Origin: Schmidtea polychroa
Lineage: Eukaryota
DNA length: 64,000 nt
NCBI GenBank assembly: GCA_044892525.1
Contig: CM097885.1
Location: 36,024,001-36,088,000 of the forward strand
Reading direction: 5' to 3'
Positions 51,650 through 62,610 of the stretch are shown here, one piece after another. The notes under the pieces are model-generated. The model did no database searches and was not told the DNA's origin. It saw only the letters and a list, made by a program, of their open reading frames with translations. The position numbers and the translations under genes were made by a program. Each line of letters opens with the position of its first letter. The first letter of the stretch is position 1.

Positions 51650-51869
51650 AATAATAATATTTAAACAACGTAATTTTTGTTTATTTCATTTGTAATGCAT
51701 TTTAATTAGTTTTTATATATTTTGAATAGGATTAATATACACCAAAGCGCATTTGATTATCATAAATGAGACATTCATTTTGCAATGTCAAATGAGCTTT
51801 GTTTTGGATTTTAGTTAATTTTAAGATTTTTTGTTAAAATAATGAATAAAGAAGTAAGTAATTTATTTA

Positions 51870-52655
51870 TTTATTATAATATACATTAAATTTTTCATAG
51901 TTCACCTAAAATATCCAGTATTTAGGGAAGAATCTTTAATATGATTATTAATATGACTTTAATATGATTTTTGAAATTACTGTGATCTGGTTTTCGAAGT
52001 TCCTCGTCAACTGCTTGGGATTTTGCAGTAAATCATTCATTGAAGGTAAATCTGTCTGGTAAATCTATCAGTCGAAGAAACTTTAGTCCTTACCCAATTT
52101 TAATTTTGCTAAACACTTTCGATGGGGTTCAAAAATGGATTATATGGCAAATTTTCCATTTTAATAGTCAATGAAGATATATTATTGTAAATGGATTAGC
52201 TCATCTTTGGATATTAGGACCTCGATTTGTTGGCATATTGTTATAAATTCTATTGCCTACTCGTGATTTACCGAATCTCTTGTTCGTCCATGTATTGAAG
52301 AGTATTCATCTATGAATTTCTTGAAATGAAATAGTCGATTCTGATGAAGTTTCTGACATATTCTCGTATATTTTTTTATAATTAATTAATTTTAAATTAA
52401 AATTTTTTTGAATAATTGAATGTCCGCATGATAAATCAATGTCCTATAGTGTGTATTTTTTATTATAGAAATTTTGTGAACCGTGTTTGTATGTATTTAT
52501 TTATTTTTCTTCCAACAGTGATTTTTTCTATCTTTCTATAGTGTAATTGCTAATTCAATGTCCCTTCTGGCTATGACACACACACATTATTTATAGGTAA
52601 GTTAATATTTATATTATTAAATTTGCAAATCAATGGCCATTTGATCATAATCAAT
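51870..52655 (-). mobile_element. Degenerate IS630/Tc1-mariner-like element, copy B
   Basis: Inverted copy of 11990-12650; additionally retains the LPYNPFLNPIE catalytic-E motif. Confidence 0.65.
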
Positions 52656-53280
52656 TGCCGGTTGGTGTAAGAATTAAATATTGATGTCTGGGGCACTCGA
52701 CGCATATTGACAGTGATTAATTTGTTCTTGAAGACCTAATGATTCAAATTTTCAGTTAACCGGTTTCGTTAAGGACATTAAAGGTCCTAATAAGATTATC
52801 ACACAATTTTATTCAAGTTAAAAAGTGAAAGTTTCGATGGTCATTTCAAGGTCACATGTTTATGTCCCATGAGAATATGAATAATAATTACATAATCAAA
52901 TAGATATATTATTTATGTCGTCATAGCTTAAATATATTTATGTGAATAAGTTGCCAGTTAAACGACTCACGAGGATTAAATCCTTATTATGTGGTCAAAT
53001 AGAGCTTATGAAGATTTGAAAAGGCTAATAAAATATAATATATAAAGATTGTAAGCAAAAAATGAAAGAATTCGATTGTATGTAAAAAAATACTAAAATC
53101 AAAAAATTTTTCATTTCCATATTAAGAGGAATAACATAAAAGATGTTGTAAAGGAAATTTTCACTTCAGGCAATTTTTAAGAAAACAAGACAATTAATAA
53201 TATTTCTAATAAATGCAGTTTAGCACACTTAAATAAACTTTTACAGTCTTAATTTTATATGAGATTGACTTAATAAGACT

Positions 53281-53868
53281 CTAAACTCTCTTCCAGACAG
53301 AAGTGATTTCCAAACATTTGAAAGCCCTTGAAAATGTCTCATGAAATTCATTGGCAAATATTTTATCGGTCTCTACTGCTTCCTTAAAGCTATCTCTTAT
53401 TTTATCGAAATGTTCCTCCAGAATTTTCACATAAGAAATGTGCATAGCTTGAATATCAATTTCAAATGCTTTTTTAGCTTCAATTAGTTCTTTTTCCAAA
53501 GCTTCGAGTTTCTCATTTGCAATTTTCAATTCGTTCTCGCAGTCTTTTAATTTCCTTTCGGTAGCTTGAAGTTGACTTTGGACTTCGTAAAGATTTGCTT
53601 TAGACTGAGCCTGAAATGTTTTAAGAGAAGTAATTAAAGCATGAATAACGCTTTCTAACTCATCAATCGACAGAATTGCGTCAATTTCCATTTCATGTTT
53701 CGTAATCGCCATTTCTCGCATGCTTTCATTTACTTGGCTAACCTTAAATCGACTTTGAGAATGTTTCAGTAACATTATATTGTGAATATTTTGAAGCTTT
53801 TTTATAATAATTTCTTGCTCGATTTCTTTTTGAGTTTTACGATCAGCATTGACTTTCTTTGGAGGCAT
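53281..53868 (-). CDS. Coiled-coil protein, CCDC153/DRC12-like (ciliary dynein regulatory complex), 195 aa, single exon
   Basis: MPPKK start, long heptad coiled coil and C-terminal IQAMHISYVKILEEHFDKI motif recall CCDC153 (M...YE.IL...LD.L). Family call is from memory. Confidence 0.6.
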   Translation of the reverse strand: MPPKKVNADRKTQKEIEQEIIIKKLQNIHNIMLLKHSQSRFKVSQVNESMREMAITKHEMEIDAILSIDELESVIHALITSLKTFQAQSKANLYEVQSQLQATERKLKDCENELKIANEKLEALEKELIEAKKAFEIDIQAMHISYVKILEEHFDKIRDSFKEAVETDKIFANEFHETFSRAFKCLEITSVWKRV

Positions 53869-54255
53869 TTAAATATAATTAATTTATAAATAATAAATTA
53901 TTGATCTCTTTTGTTTTAATGGAATCCATTACAATTTCACTAAATAAATTTTTATTTCAATGCTGTTGAAAAGGTTTCAAGGATTTATGGTTGATTTTCC
54001 AACAATATATTAATGTAAAGTTATGCCCCTAACCCTTGTATCATTATTTTTTATATATAAATAAAGTTTTTGTGATTTTTAATGGTAATTTTTCATTTAA
54101 CTGCTGTTTTTTTCCGAATTTAAACCGTACGTATTATATTCGGAGTTAAAGAAAAAAATTAATTTTTGAAAGTTTGAGCTTTAATTTATGTTCTAAGTTT
54201 GAAAGTATTATATTTATTAGAATTGCAATATATTTATAATTAAATGAAGGAGATA

Positions 54256-54619
54256 TGTAAATATTTGGTCAGGGAGAAAGTCGATAGTGTAAAGAAATAA
54301 AAAGAGAACAAAGGTGTGAGAAAGTGAAAAAGTGAAAAGCACAAAAATGTGAATTGTGAAAAATCGATAAAAGATTCAAATATTCGAATTGAAATCTAGA
54401 AAATTGATCATATGTGGAACAAGTAGAGAGGAACTGTGACGGAATGTGGTAGTACACAACATGCAGACCAAGCATTAAGTTTACTTAAATAAAATATATA
54501 AAAACACCAAGTAAACAATGATAATAGAGAGATAATATACCCAAAAATAAAACACCTGAATTAAAAATAAATAAAACATCGCCAGAGGTATCACAAGAAA
54601 ACTGACTCAAAATATAACA
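54256..54619 (+). mobile_element. Possible solo LTR
   Basis: TGTAAATATT...AATATAACA ends, internal AATAAA signals, near-matching 4-bp flanks (GATA/GAGA). Confidence 0.35.
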
Positions 54620-54625
54620 GAGAAG

Positions 54626-56630
54626 TAGGGTTTCTGAAAACGGCACTTTTTGAAAAACGGCCGTTTTTTCTTTTATATTAATAAAGTAAAATATAATTAA
54701 GGTAAATACATAAACAAACTCTTAATTTATTGTTTATTCATTATTTTCATGCTAAGTATTTAAATCATTTGTTGTTTATTAAACCACTTTCTATATTTTC
54801 GACTTGTTATAATAGAATTTGAGAAAAACTAGAGCATTAAGCGAATTATCTGTCAATCTTGAGTGAATTTGGTACAAAAAATTGTGCAAACTGAGAAAAC
54901 TCGTTCTATATCAGTAGCTGTTGGTTTAATACAAAGAAGAGCATCATATGAGTTTTCCAAATCATCGGTTCGCTTGCCAGTATTGCGAAAAAGAGTAAAC
55001 TCCTGTTTCACCCACGAACTTATCACTTGATCCAATTAATCATTTGAGAACCTTTATTCAGCAACATGTGCAACTCATCTTGCAATGAAAGTTCTTGTGC
55101 AGCATCAGTTTGAGCATTGGATTCATCATTTAGGGTTGAATCGGCGTTATTAGTGCCAAATAATCGTGATGATAAATTTCCAGCAAAATCAATTATGAAT
55201 TTAGAAGGAATACTAGAAGGATCCCTAAGACATTTTAACAAATTTGTCACATCACGATTCCATCTTTCGTCTATGTGCTTTTTGAGGTTGGCAAATAGTT
55301 CACTGCTAATGCCAGAATTCAATTCTACGAGCTTGCTATAAGTAAATTCAATAACTGTATCAGCTGTCAACAAAGTCAAATCCTGTCTACTGAGAACTTT
55401 AACTGCGAGTTTGATTGGGCCCATAGCCTAAGAAGTGTTTCCAATCCATTGAAATCCCAATTATTTATGATGTCCAAGTTATTCAATTCCGAGAACGTTT
55501 CAAATAATGCAATTTTCGTCTTTAAAATTGTCTCAATAATTGTAGGAATCGAATTCCAAAGTTGTATAACATCCAAATGAAGTTCAATGCCATGGCCGTG
55601 ATGTAATTTGACTTTCTCTTGAAATATATGATTACGAACTGTTGAATTTTTGATAAATTAAACAAATTCCCGTGCTCTTTTTAGCAATTCATGAAAGTCA
55701 ATGTTCTCATCAAATTGATCGTCAAATATTTCAATATCTAATTCGTCAAAAGAATCCTCTTCGCTTGTATCAAGACTATAAAGATCATTTGTGTCGATTA
55801 AATCATCTCGCTTTTTATGAAGTGTATTACAAACCGCTAAATGAATTGCATGATTAACCACTTGCCGGGTGATTTTTTTTCATGTTTTCAGTCAAAAAAA
55901 ACTATTTTTTTTAAAATCATTAATTTATAGTATATGTTAAGTTAATAAGTTCCTATTATATTTGTGTGTGTTATGAAATTTGATAAGCCCGAAAGAGTCA
56001 CCGTTAAAAATGTGGCGGGACAATCGGGGTGCGTGTTATGTATATTTACAAGTTAAATAAAAATAGAAGTAAAATTAACAATAAACAATAATAACACTTT
56101 TATTAAAAGCAAAATAAAGAACCTTAATATTCACCTTGAACACAATTTAGTCCAACTTCGCGATTTAATAGTTTATTCCTTTCGATTCCCGTTCTTCTTG
56201 TCCATATAGTTTTCATAATTTTCTTGTATACAATTTCAATTCAATTTTAATTTTCAATTTTTGTTTTTGATTTTTTTGATCGCTATATAGTTTTTTTTTA
56301 ATATTTTTTTATTTCAGACAATTAAAAAATGTAAAATGCTATTACAGTATATAATCAAAATATAACGTAAATATATATTTTTAATTTTCCGAGTTTGTAT
56401 TCACTAATTTTTTCTATATGAGTTGGTGCTCACATGTGAGCGCTCGCCCGAAATGGTACACATTTTGGCGCGCTCGGAAAGTGGTTAATACAAAATTGAC
56501 AAACAACATCCATTATTTTCATGTATTTCTTATTTATGGCTGCACCATCTTGCGTTGAAGCTACGATATCTCGATCTGATTCTATACCAAATAATTTTAA
56601 ATGATCCTTCAAGCTATCTGCCATGCTTTC
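54626..56630 (-). mobile_element. Decayed Ac-type hAT transposon (transposase pseudogene)
   Basis: TAGGG terminus at 54626. Motifs TQDGAAIN, C..HAIHL.V, WNS and dimerisation-domain PTATDIERVFS lie across ORFs 54853-56630. Interrupted by two younger insertions. Confidence 0.85.
55858..56484. mobile_element. TTAA-targeting (piggyBac-type) non-autonomous element nested in the hAT transposase
   Basis: TTAA at 55854-55857 and 56485-56488; TIR CCACTTGCCGGG / CTCGGAAAGTGG. Excision restores CQFCINHAIHLAV. Confidence 0.8.
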
Positions 56631-56638
56631 AAGTAGAT

Positions 56639-59194
56639 CATGGGTTCCCAACCGGGGGTCTATGGACCCCATAGGGGTACGTGGAGCACTCCTATTGGGT
56701 ACGAGAAGCGCGGCCGGTAAGGATTTTTGTCTCGAATTTTTATTGATAATATTTCATTGTTTTAAAATTTAGTAACAAACAAAAATCGCAATTTTTTTGA
56801 ACACGGTTCGGTTTTTTCAAAGTAAATTTCCTAAAACTAAATACAATAACAAATATGTACATATGGATTTCTTATTTTTGAAATAATAAATAAGTCGTTA
56901 TATGAAAAAGCATCAGTAGTCTTTGAAATTTTGGTTGTCATAGAAAAGACATATATATAACAGCAAAATAGTAAGAAGATTCATTATAAAAACTACTTGT
57001 AAGGATTTGGTTGAATTTTAAAAGTTCCTGAGTTTTTAATTTTATTCGTTTCTCTGTGCACTATTGAAGTAGTTTAATTATCAAATTTATATTGTTTTTA
57101 CTACTAAAACGTGTACAAAAATAAATATCTATAACGGGTTTCAATTTATTTGGATAGTTACAATAAATAAACCAGTGCATATTTAATTGTCTTAGTTTTT
57201 AGAAATAATTATTTTTTATTATCGACAGCTAACCCATACTGTCACAATGTCAAAGAAGCGTTGTTATCAGGACTCATATATTCAATTCGGTTTCACTTTC
57301 TTAGTTGACAAAGATGGATTGGAAAGGCCACAATGCATACTTTGCTCGAAAGTACTTAGTAATGGTTATATGAAACCATCCAAACTTAAGGAACATCTAC
57401 AAGCAGTCCATCCAAACAACGTTAATGACACAGAATCTTTATTCAAAATTAAGAGAGACCGATTTGAAACAAGCACAAAGCTCACCAATCACGGATTTGT
57501 TCCCGAGAAAAAACCAGCTTTAGAAGCAAGTTATCGTGTGGCATTGAGGATTGCGAAAGATAAAAAACCTCATACAATCGCGGAAACTTTGATTAAACCA
57601 TGTGCGATGGAAATGGCCGAGATTATGTGTGGTAAGGACGCAAAACTTAAAATATCACAAATACCACTATCAAACAACACAATTCACGATCGAATTAAAG
57701 ATATGTCAGAAGATGTCTTAAAGCAGATTGTAGAACAAATAAAAGAAAGTTCAACAAAAATTGGATTGCAATTGGATGAATCCAATGATGTTTCTAATTG
57801 TGCTCAACTTCTTGTTTTTGTTAAATATGTGTTTAGAAACGAAATCAAAGAGGATTTTCTTTTTTGTGAACCTCTGACAGAAACTACAAAGGCTGTGGAT
57901 ATTATGTCAATTATGAATAATTTTTTTGTTGCCAATGGGCTTTCTTGAAACAATGTGGGATCTATTTGTACTGATGGTGCTCCAGCTATGCTCGGGAAAA
58001 AATCTGGATTTACTGCTCTTGTGAAACAGATAAACCCAAATGTTTTTTCTAGTCATTGCATTCTTCATCGTCATGCTTTGGCATCAAAGACTCTTCCTTC
58101 TTATTTCAAAGAGGTATTGGATATTGTCGTGAAAACCGTAAATTTTATCAAATCAAAGGCATTGAATGACCGCCTATTTAAAGTGTTATGCGAAGAAGTT
58201 GGGTGCGAACATACCGTACTTCTTTTACATACAGAAGTACGTTGGCTATCCAGGGGAAAAGTTCTTAGCCGGGTATTTGAACTTAGATATCAAATTGAGA
58301 CATTTTTACGTGACAAAGAATCGACTCATTCGCTTCACTTCACAGATACCAGCTTTGTGCTCTCTTTAGCTTACCTTGCAGATATATTTAGCCATCTAAA
58401 CTCCTTAAATATATCACTCCAAGGTAGAGGTATGAATGTATTAGATGCCGAGGAGAAAGTTACATCGTTTCAAGAAAAGCTGGCACTCTATAGCAAAAGA
58501 GTTGAAAGTGAAAATTACGCCAATTTTTCGCTTTTTGATGAAATAGTTTCCTTGCAAGTTAAACGTGAAATTGATATCATGGTTCTGGACTGTATTAAAA
58601 TACATTTGGAAAATCTTCAAGTTACTTTCGATGGCATTATTTTTCGCACATTTGTTGTTGATAACTGGATAAGAAACCCTTTCACCATTTCATTGGATCA
58701 AATTAGTGATGCTGATGACGCAAAGGATGAACTGCGGAATAACAAAAAAATAAGCAGTGACTTTGAAACAATGGCGTTGGATGTATTCTGGTGTAAGCAA
58801 AGCGAGGCATATCCTGTTTTAGTCAACCGGGCGTTGAAGGCTCTTTTTCCGTTTGTACTACTTACCTTTCCGAATCTGGATTTTCAGTGCTTGTGTCAAT
58901 AAAAACAAAATTAAGGAACAAACTAAATGCTGAACATGACATGCGTTTGGCTCTTTCACACACCCTACCACGAATACAACATTTGGTTGACGGTAAGCAG
59001 CAACAACGTTCCCACTAAATTTAATTTATTTTGTAATTTTTATTTAATTGCTTCTAAATATAAAGTGAATAAATGTTTTTTCTTTATATAATATTGTTTT
59101 TTGCTGTATATAAATAACAATAAAAGTTAAGGGTACGTAAGATTCCAAATTGTTACCAAAGGGTACAATTACCCCAAAAGGTTGGGAACCATTG
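56639..59194 (+). mobile_element. Full-length Buster/SPIN-like hAT transposon
   Basis: TIR CATGGGTTCCCAACC / GGTTGGGAACCATTG; 8-bp TSD AAGTAGAT (56631-56638, 59195-59202). Confidence 0.95.
57247..59018 (+). pseudogene. Buster-family (ZBED5/SCAND3-like) transposase with a premature stop and a 3' frameshift
   Basis: BED finger (PQCILC...LKEHL...H), [23 protein letters not shown] and EVRWLSRG motifs. TGA at 57946-57948, frameshift near 58850-58860, native end QQQRSH* at 59018. Confidence 0.9.
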
Positions 59195-59225
59195 AAGTAG
59201 ATCAAATAAACAGAGTATTCACGTT

Positions 59226-60234
59226 ATGGACCAAGAAAGCATAAACTCAGATATTGGAACAATAATCGCAATTAATTCGTGTAGAAAGGAGCTAGTAAAT
59301 TGCCAAATAAACTCGCACGAGGTGCTTATGGAGGTTGACACGGGTGCAGATGTGTCCATAATATCGTCCAGGATGTGGGAGAATATAAGTAAACCTCATT
59401 TAACCCATTCACAAGTTAGATTTTCAGCATACACGATGGTCATACGATGATGTGCCGAGGTCAGTTTCTTGCTGATGTAGAAACTAAAACTAAGCATCAG
59501 GTCATAATATTAACTGTTATTGAATCAGATAAAACATATGGTCTTTAAGGCAGAGATCTTTAAAAAGCAATCACAATGTCACGATGAAGAGTATATTTCT
59601 TCCCACAATCAAAGAAATTCAAGCCACAATGATACCAATCAAAGAGGCCAGGAATGTATTCTGTAAAGCAAGAGCCGTACTGTTGGCAATGGAAACAAGA
59701 ATCAACGAAGAATTATCACGTCTTGAGGAAATGTGAGTCATCTCACAATGCAAGGATCCAGTAATGAATTGTTCTCCCGTAGTATAGATAAAAAAAGAGA
59801 ATGGAGATTTAAGGATGTGTGTGTATTTCAAAGTTCATATAAACTAGAAAATCAAGACGGAATCATATACTCTACCGAAGATAGAAACTATATTCGCACC
59901 CATAAAAAATGCAAAAAGACCTGAAATCGGCCTATTGGCAAATCGAGCTTGATAAAAAGGCACGACAACTATCAATTATTATACTATGTAAATCGCCTGC
60001 AGATGGGCATAAAAAATGCTTCAGCTATATTTCAAAGAACCACGGAGTAAATTTTATCAGATATAAAAGGTATTCTTATATACCAAGATGACGTCCTGGT
60101 TTTTGGAGAGAATGATGTTTCGATAAAAAACGGTCAGACGCAGTCAAGCAACGCCTAAAAAAAAGAAAATCACTGTAAACAAAGAAAAGTCATTTGAATA
60201 CGTCGCTGAAATTACGTTTTTAGGATTCAATATA
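59226..60234 (+). mobile_element. Ty3/Gypsy pol remnant (protease and reverse transcriptase)
   Basis: VDTGADVSII protease motif; RT motifs GDLRMCV, DLKSAYWQIEL, MGIKNASAIFQR, IYQDDVLVFG and ITFLGF. Many stops and frameshifts; cut off at 60234. Confidence 0.85.
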
Positions 60235-60903
60235 AGTAGGTAGTTAGTAGCCCCCTGCCGCAACACTCCGAGAAGGGGTGGTTTGCGACAACTCATTTTT
60301 TTTTGCTTTTTTGATTACGTAATTGCGGCAGTGAGCTACTCATATTTTTTTCAATATAAATAAAGGGCCTATAGAAAAAAGCCAAGGATTTTTCTGACTA
60401 TTTTAGGGGATCTCCTTGGTCCTGGGATTTTCAATACAAATATCCGACTATCACTAAAAAGCATGAAATTTTCCAAGTAAATTAAGGTGGGTCACCTTGG
60501 TCCTGGGATTTTCAATACAAATATCAGTCCACACTAAAAAATCATGGTAAATTAAGGATAAATAGGTAAATTATGGGTCAAATTTTTAAAAAATGAAAAT
60601 CTTACCATGTTTCGTATATGTAGATTATGACGGAAATAATAAAACCAATACTATTGTTTATTACTTCTTAATAAATGTCATAATAATTAATGGATTAAGG
60701 TTAATGTTATTTATTTAATTATATTACATAATAATTAAAGGATTATGTTTCTTATTTAGATTATTGTTGTCATTGAAGATAGTTTCATGTGTTATTTAAA
60801 TCCTCAAACATAGAGGATTATCATCATTACATAATTCAACTAACAACAAATTATTTACTCTAATACATCAATACTCTTTATTTAATACAAAAACAATACA
60901 TTT

Positions 60904-61292
60904 TTATTCAAATTTTATTTCATTGACTTTAACCAAGCCAAACAATATTGTCCCCATGTTTTGTCATGGTATTTTGGTAACGAATTCGATTGTATTCAAT
61001 TGGTATAAGCATTGATTGTAGTTTATTGATTAATAAAGGCGTATAATAGAACCTCATTGGATCAAATGCATGTCTTTTGTCGGGCTTCGCGTAATATAGC
61101 AAGCCAATGTTCACCATTCAGATTAGCGGATTGTTTATTTACAATTATTGCTTTGTTGACATGTAAATACGGTATTTTGTCTAATAGGAAACACCAAGAA
61201 ATTCTGATCTTAATATTTTTCTTCCGATAATTTGTATCTGAATAGAACTGAATTAATAAAAATTAATTAATTTAAATTATTTCTTACTTCAT
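60904..61292 (-). pseudogene. Polinton adenain-like cysteine protease (frameshifted; putative 40-nt intron 61248-61287)
   Basis: Reconstructed MNSIQIQIIGRKILRSEFLGV..LDKIP...IIVNKQSANLNGEHWLAI...AFDPM...EYNRIRYQN...GQYCLAWL, the adenovirus/Polinton protease pattern (GEHW, FD, Q, CGxYC). Confidence 0.8.
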
Positions 61293-61332
61293 ATTTTGAT
61301 TAATTGTATTTCTATATTTGGTTTATATTTGA

Positions 61333-62322
61333 TCAAACCAAAACAGTATGAGTAGATGTAATTTGAATTTCTTTTTCAAAAGTTTCATATACAAATACAG
61401 AAACAACTTCAGTAAGTGAAGATGCAAATTTAATATCTAATTATAAATTTCCACTTTGAGGTAACTGACTTTGATGAAGATCAAAATCAGGTGCCAATAC
61501 AAATGTAAAGAATGGATACTTATTCTTAAATTCAGACATGTTGATACCACAATTCATATTTTTATTTAGATATCCCATATTTCTAACAATTGATTGCATA
61601 GAACTTGTACTATAATCATCTTTCTCAAAATCTTGACTATATTTTTCACGATAATCACTTCCTTTACTTAAAGTTATCGACTTGACATTAGAGTGATCAA
61701 ATACTGAAAATGTTTCTGAAAATGATCCACTAAATCTTTTACTAGATTGAAATGCAATAAGAATAAAATTAGGTAAACGTCTATCTCCAAATATTTGTTC
61801 TTTATAAAAAGAGGAAGAACCAATAGGTAATGAGAAATCAACAACTTCTTTGCTTCTTAAAGGACAAATTGCATTTTTTGTAGACAGACCAATTTGATGA
61901 CCTGCTTAAACTGATGCACGAAGTCTTCTAACCATTAATTTTGCATCTAATAATACAATTAATTATAAGTGTTTCTATTAATGCTTTGTGTGCAAATCTA
62001 TCATTTGATCCCTCGACTTTGATTGAATTAAAAATTAATTCAAAGTCTTTAAAAAGGGTTTGGAAGAAGAAATTATTTGGAATTACTTCTGATTCACCTA
62101 AATTCTCACCTAAATTATTAACAACTGTCAATTTAATATATTACAAAGTATCATTCAAATCGAATATTCAGTTTGCGATCCATTAATGTAAAATTGAATC
62201 GAACAAGAACCAGGATCTGTAATTGAATTCCTTGGGTACATATCTTTAAATGCTCCATGTTCAATTACTGATTGGGGAGAAGGTATATCGAAAAGACATA
62301 ATTCTGATTTAGCGCTAATCAT
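61333..62322 (-). pseudogene. Polinton double-jelly-roll major capsid protein (stops, frameshifts, internal deletion)
   Basis: MISAKSELCLFDIPSPQSVIEHG...IQFYINGS..Y.DLNDT...PNNFFFQTLF...ALIETL, then C-terminal LPNFILIAF...FVLAPD...GNL.LDIKF...VYETFEKEIQI, matching the Polinton MCP consensus as I recall it. Confidence 0.85.
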
Positions 62323-62610
62323 TTTTCAAAGATGGTACCATATCCTTTCATTCTTTTGTTTATAAGTTTCTTCATAATTTTTCGTCGTTTAAATGTTCCA
62401 TCTTTTTGTTCTATTTCATTTTTAAATACATCGGATGCTTTATTAATTATTTCAGGTAAATGTTGCATCACGGCAGGCAATGAATCTTTCATTTCAGAAA
62501 TTGCATTTATTTTAAAGCAGGCAAGATTTTTGAATTATTTCTTATTACGTCATTAGCTGTTTTCATACCAAAATTTCCAATTCGTCTAAGAATCAGGAGT
62601 GCAAATCTAT
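62319..62610 (-). pseudogene. Small basic/amphipathic Polinton protein upstream of MCP (core/pVI-like, unnamed)
   Basis: RFALLILRRIGNFGMKTANDVI...QKDGTFKRRK...GYGTIFEK* with one frameshift; its TGA overlaps the MCP ATG (ATGA). Confidence 0.55.
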
